From: Callorhinchus milii | Lineage: Eukaryota | NCBI RefSeq assembly: GCF_018977255.1 | Contig: NW_024704751.1 | Location: 7,006,001 to 7,070,000, forward strand | DNA: 64,000 nucleotides | Reading direction: 5' to 3' | In this document: positions 25,347 to 37,324 of the stretch, piece by piece | Numbering within the stretch: the stretch's first letter is position 1 | Layout: each line of letters starts with the position of its first letter | Position numbers and translations under genes: made by a program | The notes under the pieces: generated by a model | Seen by the model: only the letters and a program-made list of their open reading frames with translations | Databases searched by the model: none | Told to the model about the DNA's origin: nothing

Positions 25347-25519
25347 ATATTATATTTATATACACACACACACACACGCACGCACACATATATAAATACA
25401 TGACCAGGTACGTTTGCGTGTGAGTAAACCCGATCGAAAGGGCGTGTAAACGGGAGCGCAGGTGAGGAATATTATTTTTTTTAATTTTTTTTTAATTTTT
25501 TTTTAAAAAAAAAGCTGAT

Positions 25520-26694
25520 GGGGGAGTGGGCGCTGATTGCAGTGCAGTGCAGCGGTGGTGGTGTGTGTGTGTGTGTGGGGGGGGAGCGGGGGGTCAGAGG
25601 TCAGGGCGGGCGAGTCAGCGTTCAGTCAGCGGCCGCCGGCGACAGAGACGCAGAGCCCGAGCGCGCGGACCGACCGACCGACCGACTAACCGACCGCCGC
25701 CGCGGCAGAGCAGGAGGCGGGGCGGGGCCCGGGCCGAGCCGAGCCGCCGTGAGAGACATGACCAGCGCCGGCCCCGAGCTCAGCCGCTCCGCCGCCGCCG
25801 CCTCCGCCGCCTCCCGCCGCCCGGCTCGGGCCTGACGGTCACCCCGACACCNNNNNNNNNNNNNNNNNNNNNNNNNNNNNNNNNNNNNNNNNNNNNNNNN
25901 NNNNNNNNNNNNNNNNNNNNNNNNNNNNNNNNNNNNNNNNNNNNNNNNNNNNNNNNNNNNNNNNNNNNNNNNNNNNNNNNNNNNNNNNNNNNNNNNNNNN
26001 NNNNNNNNNNNNNNNNNNNNNNNNNNNNNNNNNNNNNNNNNNNNNNNNNNNNNNNNNNNNNNNNNNNNNNNNNNNNNNNNNNNNNNNNNNNNNNNNNNNN
26101 NNNNNNNNNNNNNNNNNNNNNNNNNNNNNNNNNNNNNNNNNNNNNNNNNNNNNNNNNNNNNNNNNNNNNNNNNNNNNNNNNNNNNNNNNNNNNNNNNNNN
26201 NNNNNNNNNNNNNNNNNNNNNNNNNNNNNNNNNNNNNNNNNNNNNNNNNNNNNNNNNNNNNNNNNNNNNNNNNNNNNNNNNNNNNNNNNNNNNNNNNNNN
26301 NNNNNNNNNNNNNNNNNNNNNNNNNNNNNNNNNNNNNNNNNNNNNNNNNNNNNNNNNNNNNNNNNNNNNNNNNNNNNNNNNNNNNNNNNNNNNNNNNNNN
26401 NNNNNNNNNNNNNNNNNNNNNNNNNNNNNNNNNNNNNNNNNNNNNNNNNNNNNNNNNNNNNNNNNNNNNNNNNNNNNNNNNNNNNNNNNNNNNNNNNNNN
26501 NNNNNNNNNNNNNNNNNNNNNNNNNNNNNNNNNNNNNNNNNNNNNNNNNNNNNNNNNNNNNNCACAACTCCCCCCACACACACCCCCACCCACACACACA
26601 CCGCCCCCACACACACACCCCCACCCACACACACACCCCACCCCCCCACAGTGACCGGAGGAGCCCAGGCCCCCGCCGACTTGACTCGAGGATG
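25520..26694 (+). promoter_or_regulatory. TMEM248: CpG-island promoter and first exon of TMEM248 (donor gtgagt at 26695), interrupted by a gap
   Basis: CpG-dense, GC boxes ggggcggggc, consensus donor. Confidence 0.65.
25852..26562. other. Assembly gap (N run)
   Basis: Ns. Confidence 1.
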
Positions 26695-26821
26695 GTGAGT
26701 GCAGCAGCAACCGCGGCCCTCCCCCCCCCCCCCCACGGGGCAGAGCCCTGGGAAAGGCGCAGGCTTCGGTGTTGTGAAGTTTGTGCGAGGCCGCGACTTG
26801 TTTCTGTTTAAACCGTCAGCG

Positions 26822-27548
26822 CCTCCCCCCCTCTCTCCCCCCTCTCCCCTCCTCTCTCTCCCTCTCTCTCCCCCCCACTCCCCTCTCTCCCCCTCTCCCC
26901 CCCTCTCTCCCTCTCTCTCCCCCCCTCTCTCCCTCCTCTCTCCCCCCCACTCCCCTCCTTTTCCACTCTCCCCTCTTTCACTCCCACCCCTCCCTTCACT
27001 CTCCTCTTCGCCCCCCTTCACTCTCCCTCTTCCCCCCCTTCACTCTCCCTCTCCCCCTCTTCACTCTCCCTCTTCCCCCCTCTTTCACTCTCCCTCTTCC
27101 CCCTCTTCACTCTCCCTCTCCCCCCCCTTTCACTCTCCCTCTTCCCCCCCTTCACTCTCCCTCTTCCCCCCTTCACTCTCCCTCCCCTCCTTTCACTCTC
27201 CCTCTTCCCTCCTTTCACTCTCCCTCTTCCCCTCCTTTCACTCTCCCTCTTCCCCCCACTTCACTCTCCCTCTTCCCCCTCTTCACTCTCCCTCTTCCCC
27301 CCCTTTCACTCTCCCTCTTCCCCCCCCCTTCACTCTCCCTCTTCCCCCCCTCACTCTCCCTCTTCCCCCCCTTCACTCTCCCTCTTCCCCCCCTCACTCT
27401 CCCTCTCCCCCCCCTTTATTTCCCTCTTCCCCCCTTCACTCTCCCTCCCCCCCTTCACTCTCCCTCCCCCCTTCACTCTCCCTCTTCCCCCCCTTCACTC
27501 TCCCTCTTCCCCCCCCTTTCATTCTCCCCTTTCTCTCTTTCCCCCCCA
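26822..27548. repeat. Polypyrimidine minisatellite (~21-23-bp unit ttcactctccctcttcccccc) in TMEM248 intron 1
   Basis: Many tandem units visible directly. Confidence 0.9.
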
Positions 27549-30287
27549 CGACCACCCACCACCCGAGGGACAATGCTGCTTATCTAATCCCAGAAAGTAT
27601 TAACAACAACTACGAATCACGTTAGTATAGCACCTTTCACATCGACTCTCGACTCTCTCCCCCTCCTCGCTCCCTCCCTTCCCTCCCTTCACCCTGACCA
27701 TTTCCCCCCAATGCTCGGGTCCCGACCCAACTGTCCAGCGCCTTGGGACGTCCTCCCGACGTGAAAGGCGCTCTATAAATGCAATCTTGTTGTTGTTGTT
27801 GTTTCACATCGTCCCAAAGCGCAGCTTGGCAAGAGCCAAGGCTTGGGCGACCCGAGAGTGTGCGCGAGGGTAACCGCTGGAGTCTTAAGCAGCTAAAACT
27901 GCATAGCTTGCCATCGATATCGCTGTCTGGCGAGCTTTCCCACTCCTTGTCCAGTAAAAAGACCACCTCACCAGTTAGGGCTTTGGCTTGCAGGGCTAAA
28001 AGGAGATGAGTGGGAGAATTCCCGGCCCCCCAGTGACTGGTCTGCCCTTCCAGGTGCTGCCAATGAGCCAGGCCGGGCTGTGGAATACTGCGGACTCGTC
28101 TGGCTCGGGAACAGGTCTAGAAACCGGCACAGAGGGTTGGTTTGGTTCTGACATTCTGGTTGCCAAACGTCACCTTGGAGCCTGTTCAGTTGCAAGGAGA
28201 CCCTGCTTAGCGACCCTCCTCTCCCCACCCACCCCCATGAGAAGAAAATAGTTGGGCAATCCGGCATCTGAAAAGCATGGGTTTCAGCCCCCACTGGGTG
28301 AATGGCAGGTACCAGGATTTCCCTGCGAGCTTCCTGGAGGGCAACACAGCCCAGTGTGAAATGCGTGAGAGCATTGCCACCGTTGCGCTGTGTGTAGCTC
28401 GCACACGCATCCCTTCCCATTGAGCGATGGTTCCATCAGTTGGAGGTGCAAAGTTTGAGCAGCAGTTGCTTACCTCTTTGCAAACCCATCGAGGTGGACT
28501 CCCCAAGTGCTGGATGTACAAACGTGTGTTAGATGGCTACACAAATTATTGGACTGTTTCGGTTGATGACATGCAAAATTGCTCAACCAGATGGACCACC
28601 GCCCAGCTGCCCTTCTGCATATCTTACCGTGAGATGTTATTCAGTTGCCACACGAAAGCGCGCTGTTAAGATGCAATTTTTTGAGAGGGAAAAGCGATCA
28701 GTCCTGGATTAGTGGCACCTTACTCTGCAAGGGTGAATTTGGCAAGGTTCTGACCTATTGGAACAAGTCATGTTGATGCTTGTGTTTGTACATCTTTCCC
28801 TGCGGGGAAGCACACGCCCAATACTCAATGGTACACTGTGATGGCACAGTGGAAACGCCACCACCATGTTCTCTTAAGTTCTGATTTTGTTTCGGAAGCG
28901 GTTAGGTCACGGTTCGTCACTGTATCTATCGTTAAGCCTCAACTACTAGAAATGTTAATTTTAAAGCATTTTCAAATTCTTTATCCCATTTCTTGTTTTT
29001 AAAAGCGTTTCTACTTATTTTACGTTTTATTCTAACTTTCCGCTCTCCACCTCACCTCTCCCTATGTCCACTCCTTTCCAGAGTCCCATTTCTTTTAAAA
29101 ATTGTGTCCTTCCGGGCAGGTTTTGTAGCCAGTGCAGAAGGCTGAATCTGAGGTCTGACGGGAGCGATTGATTGATTGCTTCATTTGCATCCCGAGTGCT
29201 AGCGCACACAGATGAATAATGTGTGATGCAGAGAGGGTTTGCATTTCGAATAGTTGTGTGTAATTGGCACCAGTATGGGCGTGTGAGCCCAGGGTGCAAC
29301 CATGAACACACAAGCAATTGCTCTTCACTTCATGAAATGTTCTTGAACTTTACTGAGGTGTTCACCCCCCACCTCCACTCCTCCGTGTGCTTATTCGGTG
29401 AAGCTATTGTCTCGTGTAAAACACATGTCGGCCCAGAATACCCCAGATTCAATCTCTGTCTGCGCTGAGTCAGCTGTTCAGAGCAGTAATGGCCTCTGCA
29501 ACCTGAAATCCCAATGTAAGCTCAGCGCATCATCACGCTAAATAACAACTAGTCAGCACAGTTTCGCCCCGTAAACTTTACTTTTGTCTTCAACTGAACT
29601 TTAGTTTCCCTTTTGAATTCGATGTGTGGCCGTAAGTATCCTCCATGGGTAGCTGTTTGCATCTGTTGTGTTGAGATTGCAAGATCGTGGCGTGAATGCC
29701 TCCACTGTTGTCACAGGGTTTGCCATTGCCAAGCATCAGCCAGCACTTCCAAGCCCAGGGCGTCGTTGCGATGTGAGCCTAACCTTGGGAAAGCTGTCTA
29801 CCTTCATGTCAGGTTCAGCTTCACTTTCAAAAACTATTGCTGCCATAGCCAGAAAAAAAGCAGACTGAGGTTTTTTTGTGAGCGGCGTTGAATGTATTTC
29901 CTTTGTAAGTCTGACTGTTGGATGGCCAGAAATGGTGCAGACGACAAGTGACATTTGTTTATGAACAGACATTATTATTATGTTGAATGCTCCAGTGACA
30001 CTTGTGATTTTATATGAGGAAACTGATCCTAAAAAAGATAAGTCTCTTCCTCCTCCCTCCCCTCCTGTTAAACCGTAGGTTTCTGATGTTTCCTTATTTC
30101 CTCTTTGATATTGTAGCCGTAGGGCATCTCTTAGCGCTCCAGAGTGAAAGAGCAATGACATATTTTAAGAAATCTTGTTTTGTAAACAACAGTGCCATCA
30201 GGTGATGGGGAAACCTACCTTGCAATGGTTAGAATGAAATTGATGTGTTGCTTTTATTTTTGCTTGCAGGTTTACGTAACTGGAACT

Positions 30288-30446
30288 ATGTTCAGCTTTC
30301 ATTCACTGGAGAACTTAAAGGTTTACATTACCAACCGGCCTCCCCTTGTGGTGTTTATGATCAGTGTCAGTGCTATGGCAATAGCTTTCCTGACATTGGG
30401 ATATTTCTTTAAAATAAAGGAAATCAAGTCTCCAGAAATGACCGAG
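30288..30446 (+). CDS. TMEM248: TMEM248 coding exon 1 (exon acceptor at 30270)
   Basis: MFSFHSLENLKVYITNRPPLVVFMISVSAMAIAFLTLGYFFKIKEIKSPEMTE; 159 nt. Confidence 0.95.
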
Positions 30447-31163
30447 GTACAGCTTTCCCCCTCCCTTTTTTTGTGGAAAAGTACCATATTTTTCCATTAA
30501 TGTAGTATGTTTTTTTCATGTTGCTTTCTGTAAATTTCAATTGGTGATGGATCACGAGTTTTAGGTAATTTGCTGAAGCCTGGCAGTCCAACAAAAGGAG
30601 ATTTGTGTTTCAATATAAAAGCAAACATGTAATATTGAGTCCTAACTTCCAATGTGTACAAGATGTCTTATTACAATGGTTCTACGACCTTTGTTCTGTG
30701 GAGTAAATTGGCTGTGTTAAAATTTATACAATGTACCGGATATTCCTGGATTTACAAATGAAATCATTGTTCACCGGTTCTGTTTAAAATATTAAAATTA
30801 CGGTCAGTATTTCAATAGGCTGAACTATTTTGCCTGCAACCCATGATAGTTTTGGTTAGCCTCTGCATCAAATGTATACCCATGTGTATGTGTGGAAGGA
30901 GGGGGCAGGGTGGGGACTTTAGGTAGCAACGACTAAAATTGGAAGACATTTTCTGAATAGAATAAAATAAAATACAAAACTCTTTTTCTGCTCTTGAGTA
31001 TAATACTCCTAGTGTCTAAAATCACTTGTCTGTAGTTGTGCAAGAATTTGATCACATGACTTTGGTCTTAATGCTAAATTATAAATGACTAATCTCTGAC
31101 TGTTTTCAAGGCTGGAGGCACTGATCACAAGTCTGAGCAGTTTTAATTTCTGTCTCCGAACAG

Positions 31164-31449
31164 GATTGGAATACTTTCCTATTGAGGCTTAATGACCTGG
31201 ACTTGTGCATATCCGAGAATGAAACATTAAAGCATCTTATTAATGAAACAATCACTCCAGAGAGCACAGTGACCAGTGGGCAAGTGCGATCTTCTACACA
31301 ATCCCCACAAGTTCTCGAAGATTCTGGACCAATCAATATCTCCGTCTCCATAACGCTCACACTCGACCCGCTCAAGCCCTTTGGTGGATACTCGCGCAAT
31401 ATCACACATCTCAGTGCAACCATCTTTGGACATCAGGTTGGATTGACAG
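31164..31449 (+). CDS. TMEM248: TMEM248 coding exon 2
   Basis: DWNTFLLRLNDLDLCISENETLKH...GHQVGLT; 286 nt, AG/GT. Confidence 0.95.
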
Positions 31450-34320
31450 GTAACGGACAGATATATGTATGATCAGTGTCTCTGTTTGATGTAACAATAA
31501 TTCTGTTGATCTTGGATTGTTGGTGCGAAATATTGAAATATTTTCGCCCACAGCTTGTCTTGACAACACTCGCGTGTATTCACGTTTCCCCCTCCCCGGT
31601 TGGTAGAGATGACTTATTAGTCATTTCTTACTGACACCCGAGCAACTCTTAACGGCACTGAGCCAGTTTGCACGTCAAGCTCTATGACCTCTTAATCCTT
31701 TGGATGGTAAAAGCCCCAAAAGCAATTGGTGCTTGGGAAGAGATGGCACACTGAGTTAGCACACTGTCCTATCAACTCTGGAACCTAGGGGGCAAATTCA
31801 TTGCAGATGGGGGAAGGTGAAAGTCTTTTTTTGGGGGAAGAAACTGACCTGATATTAGACAGACTCCACTCGATCGAGTCTCAATTCCGTTCCTAACAAG
31901 TTGAGAGTAAATCTGATCTGGTTTTAACAGCAATTGACAGTAATTAGTGGGCTATGTGTGACACTGTGAGATTCACGCTGGTACAACGTGGACTGGGGCG
32001 AAGAATTAAGAGTTTAAAGCACGTTTTGGGGAACGAGCAGCGGAAATGTTATGTTTTATGTTGCCACCAGGTGACAAAAAGTATTGGAAGGCTTTTATAA
32101 AGAAAAACCTCAGCATCCATTTTCATTGAAATAAGATGTGGCTTTGGAGTATGCACAGTGAGATTCTTGATTCTCTTGCAATAAGAGCCCAGAGAATCAG
32201 AGCACCTCAGGCCCATGGAAAATTTCCACTGTGTTGTTTTCCTGTGTGTGCTGTCAATGATTAGTGCTGAAAGCCTTCAGACCTGGAGTTTGTTCCATGA
32301 GTCAGCAGGACTCGCTAAGCCAGGACTGCTCCTGTTTGTGTACTGAATTATACATGCTGTACAGTAGCTCACCATTGATCATTCTGTACATTCCTCAGGC
32401 AATGTCTAAACATTGGATTGCAATCCCGCTTTATAGCATCAGTTGTGTCAAGAACAATCAATTTTAAAGTTGCATTTGATCTATCGCCTTTCGTATCCGG
32501 AGGACACCTCAAAGGGTTTCACAGGGTTTCACAGAATTTGCTGTGAAGTATAGTATAGTGAAGTATAGTCATGTATTTTGTAGGCGAACAGGATTTGCTG
32601 TGAAGTATAGTCGTGTATTTTGTTTTAGTCTGTTTTACAAGCCGTTCCCTGTGTTTACATAACTTTCACCAGCACTTTGTTTGTGCCTCCTCGTTATCAG
32701 AATGAGATAGGAATTAATTTTTATTCCAGTACTATTATGTGTTGGCTTTGTTACTGACTGATAAGGGAAACCCTTTCTTTCAGAACTTGACTAAATATAT
32801 TCTACAGTTGCCCATAAAGCCATAAGAAGGGGTAGGAAATTGGCCCACTGTCAAGGCACATCATCGAAGTACAATCTGAAGCATTGAGTTTAGGGATTGG
32901 GTGGAGTAGGAGCAGTCCGAGTTTCTCCATCATTATCCTGTGCAAGTAAATATTTGACAAAATTGTACCCAGTGCTTTTACTCCCAAGCAGGTGGCGATA
33001 GTTGTGCTCCCAGCAACGATTGTATTTGGAGCTGGAAAGCACAGTTAACCTTCTTATGCGCCTGAGGCTCAGTCAAACTAACGTGGAGCAAGAATTCTAT
33101 TGATAAGCAACACATTGGGGCTAAACAGCTGTTTTTTTACATGCACTACAGAGAAACCTACAGCATCGAAACAGGCCGTTCGAACCTGTCCCTTCCAGTG
33201 TTTATCTTTCATACGAGCATCCACCTGTTTAATTCCCCTCCACCCATCATTCACTCCTCTCCCTAGCCTCCCTCTTCTATATTCCCTTCTCTCTCGTGAG
33301 CTAACTTCGCCCATAAAATACACAATCATTACACTTTACAGTGTGTCCTGTGAAGCGCTTTCAGCCCCCTTCGACTACGCTGTTGGGCGCTGTATCAAAT
33401 GGAAGGATTATTAAGTTTTTCCTCTCAAGTTCGTTGATGCTTTCTGCTTCAACCGAGGCTCCTTGTAGAGTTCCACGTTCTCTGTACTTTCTACTAATAC
33501 AGTATTGAAAAAGCTCAGACCACCCGGGACCTTTGACACTTGAAATTACTTCTTGAAAGAAGTTTAAAATTTCCAACTTGTGTGGGCTGCAGTGGGAATT
33601 GATTTTGATTCCAGTCGCAACCCACCACTGTGCTCCCAGCATCAATTTGATACGGAAACTGCATCGAATTGACCTGAACTGCTGGTGTATTCGAGGCATA
33701 ATGTGAAATGCAGGAGTGTCTGATCTTTATTGGCAAGGTGCTGGTTACAGTGGCTGTGAGATTAAATGTCCTTTCTTGTAGCTTATTTGATACAGTACTA
33801 CTGCAGGACAATTACAGTTGGTTATGAAACTAATCTAAGATTATAGGGAATGTATAGGCTCAGGCCAGGTGTGCATTACACAGGAATATTTTCCAATTAC
33901 ATCTGCCTAGGTTTGTTCATGTTGTTACACACTGGAGGCCGTTGCCCGTTCAGCATCTAAAATATTGCCATGCTTTTCCCACCCCCGCCCCCCCCCCAAC
34001 CCTTTCTGCCAGGAGTCAGCCTTTTATTTATAAATTTCAAATCCCTCCCCTCCCGCTTTATCTCCGTTCCTCTGGCTCAAACATTTCGCCCGCATAATAT
34101 ACAGTCAATTCACTTTACAGTGTACCCCATGAAGCTCTTTGAGACGTCTCAACGACGTGATAAGGCACGGTATCAAATGCGACAATTATTATCAAAACGC
34201 TTTCTCAGTTTAGCGCCAAATGGAAGTGACAGCCTCGCGAATCTTAAAACGTCTGCTATTCTTGTTCCTGACGGTAAAGTTAAAAGCATACATTACATGT
34301 CCCTGGGCTCTTGTTTGTAG

Positions 34321-34471
34321 GTCGAGAAGCACACGAAGAAATTAACATAACATTTACTCTGCCGACCGCCTGTAACTCAGATGACTGCATCCTCCACGGC
34401 CACTGCGAGCAGATGGTTTACACAACATGCATGACCATCACGGCTGCAACTAACGTCTTTCCAGTCACCGT
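34321..34471 (+). CDS. TMEM248: TMEM248 coding exon 3
   Basis: (G)REAHEEINITFTLPTACNSDDCILHGHCEQMVYTTCMTITAATNVFPVTV; gtag| and |gtgagt. Confidence 0.93.
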
Positions 34472-35568
34472 GTGAGTATTTAACACTGGCCTTAGAAACA
34501 ACTTGGCCAAGAGAATTTACTCTCCTAGCCCGTCTTCACTCCTTTAACATTGTTAAATTGCTGCAGCCTTTTTGGGGGAGTAAATTTTTTTGCATTTGTA
34601 AAGATGGATGCGGTGCACGTGATAAGTCGCTAAAACCTGGCTTGAACCATGAGTATTGTTTTTGCAAAATTAGACATTTGCAAATATTTTGACTGTTTGC
34701 TCACTTAATCCAATGCAGACTCTGGACAACACAGATTCGTTGAAACCCACAGTAAATACCAGACTGAAAGATAATCCTCAGACCAGTTCATCTGCTTGTT
34801 GAATTTTCTTCTGGTTCTTCGCTGCTCTGCTATTCATTGAGTGCAGACTTTGAGAGGGAAGGGAGAGAGTTAATTACTTTATGCTTGGCTATGTTTGCCA
34901 TGGAACAAATTCAGCTGAGGGAAGTCTCCTAAAGCTTAGCAAAGGATTGTTTATCAGCGTTTGGTTGGCAATGGTAACCGTACAAGAACAGTGGCAACTC
35001 ATTCAAAAAGATGGGTACACAGAGGATTACCTTTAATGGTCTTTCTGAGAGACTTTATATTAATTAGGCACAGAAGATTTCTTTACATGCTCTAGAGCTC
35101 TGGCTTGCAGGAGCTGGGCACTGATACTTGTTTGATTTGCGCCAGAATATTTCTAGGTTTAGCCAGTCAATAAAAATAGTCACGAGGAGGTAGGAGGAAG
35201 GTTTATGAAAAGACTTTGCTTGATGTGATTGAGACTGATGCCAGGCGCGTATCATGCACACAGAATATCATGCCGAAATGTCGGACTAACAACTGAGAGG
35301 TCAAGTTTTAAGTGTGAAGAAATTGGGATCCCATAAATAGTCGGCCAGCATCTTGTATGCAAAGATTATTTTTTTATGGAGTGGGGGGAGCTTTGTCACT
35401 TCATCTCCTTTTTAGTTCTAAATGCTTCCTCCCAAGGTTTTGTTTCCCACCTATTTTCTAAAAGCCGTGATATTTCTCTACCAGAAGATCTTTTAAAGGG
35501 TTAACAACGATATACATTTAGTCTGCACCTTACTTGAAACACTTCGCACAACTGATTGAGAGCCCGAG

Positions 35569-35603
<35 letters not shown>

Positions 35604-35853
35604 ATAGCGGGTTGGAGTGTGTGTGAGTAGCCGAGAGATTTTAAAGGCAGGGAATGGATGGAGGAGGAAGGGCAGAAAAACTCAGTGAAGGAGTTCCAGA
35701 TAGCAGGGGGTAAAGTGGCTGTAAGCTTGCTCACTGATGTGTGTTGTGTGTGTGTCGGAGAATGTGAGGTCATTTGGGAGCTCTGTAACCAGCCTTTTCT
35801 GCGACCTTCAACTGAGAAACTTTTGAGGTTGACAATAAAATGTTTCCTTACAG

Positions 35854-36037
35854 CCAGCCGCCGCATTGCATCCCTGAGACCTACAGCAACGCCACCATCT
35901 GGTACAAAATCTTCACCACTGCTAGAGACTCGAACACAAAATACTCGCAGGAGTACAACCCATTCTGGTGTTACAAAGGAGCGATTGGTAAAGTCTACCA
36001 CGCACTCAATCCCAAACTAACCGTCATTGTTCCAGAT
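35854..36037 (+). CDS. TMEM248: TMEM248 coding exon 4
   Basis: QPPHCIPETYSNATIWYKIFTTARD...NPKLTVIVPD; |gtaagt. Confidence 0.95.
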
Positions 36038-36475
36038 GTAAGTAACTTTATCCTCTTGTTGCCATGTGTGCCTTTGCCTCCTTCAAGGCCTGTCTCAAGA
36101 CCTTCCTTTTTAACCGTGCCTTTGGTCATCCTCCCACCTCCACCCTCCACTCCTCTCGACTCCAAACCCCAGCTCGGGTTCAAACCCTTGACTGTCCAGC
36201 GCCTTGCAACGTCCTGAAGACGTGAAAGGTGCTCTATAAATGCTTTGTTGTTGTAAATTCTCTCTCAACACACAAACCTCATTTTAACTCTCTTCCCCAC
36301 CGCCGCCCCCCCCCCCCCCACACACACACACACACACAAATCTACCCACCTGTCTCTTAAATCTCTCATCCAATTTCCTTTCTACAACTTTACTTCCTGC
36401 TTCGATGATGTGTGCGTAAAGGTGGCAGGAATTCATGAGCTTGAAGCTATCCGTTGTCTCGTATTTTGTTTTCAG

Positions 36476-36619
36476 GATGACCGTTCGCTCATTAATCTGC
36501 ACTTGATGCACACCAGCTACTTCCTCTTTGTGATGGTGATCACCATGTTCTGCTACGCGGTTATCAAAGGACGGCCGGGGAAAGTGCGGCAGAACAATAA
36601 TGAATTCTGCCCAGAAAAG
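36476..36619 (+). CDS. TMEM248: TMEM248 coding exon 5 (second TM helix)
   Basis: DDRSLINLHLMHTSYFLFVMVITMFCYAVIKGRPGKVRQNNNEFCPEK. Confidence 0.95.
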
Positions 36620-36837
36620 GTAACCCTTTCTTTTCCTGCAGCTCGCCCCAATTTAAGTGGAAAGTATACCCTGACCGCGATGCCTGTTAAACACCAAGAC
36701 GTTAATGCAGCCCATAATTGTGAGTATTTAGCTATTTTATTGCTCTACTAAAACGCTGATAGCAGCAACTGCCAATATATTTTTGCTGTCTTTCCCGCCT
36801 TGACCGGTTACAGATGGTAACCACAATCATTTATAAG

Positions 36838-36895
36838 ACCATAAGCATTTGCTAGGCGAAAGAAGATCAAGGTCCATCTAGTTCGCATTCCACCA
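36838..36895 (-). mobile_element. CR1 3'-end fragment
   Basis: Reverse complement of the 3' end seen at 50770-50818. Confidence 0.55.
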
Positions 36896-37303
36896 ATACA
36901 CAACAACTACATGCATTTATATAGCGCCCCTCACATAGGGTAGCGTCCCAGAGCGCTTGCCAGGGGCGGAACACGACACCCAGCCTGGGGGTGGGGGAGG
37001 TGACCATAGGCATGGTAATACTGTAACCCGAGATATTATTTTATAGTTAAAATCTATCTAATTTGCACTTGTACAGTGCCTTTCCATGTTGGGAAAAACC
37101 TCAAAGCGCTGGGTGGAAGGTTAATTGACAAAACACTTCAAGAATGAAGGATCCTCTCTGCCTAGTTTTCATAGAATGAACAGGGTCTGAGGAAATTGGC
37201 CCTATTCCTAGTGAACTGATCAAGATTACTAAGTGATTGAGGTTTGCGATTAAGCATCACTGATATCTTTCTTTCCCCTCTCCCGTCCCCTCTTGTTTTC
37301 CAG

Positions 37304-37324
37304 GTTGCATTGTCAGAAGCATAA
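37304..37324 (+). CDS. TMEM248: TMEM248 last coding exon (VALSEA*)
   Basis: Strong pyrimidine tract ccag|gttgcattgtcagaagcataa; exon lengths sum to 945 nt = 314 aa + stop. Confidence 0.9.
   Translation, partial: VALSEA

Noticed and set aside
25526-27625. Long ORFs of 265-413 aa
   Set aside because: Artefacts of the N gap and the stop-free pyrimidine minisatellite.
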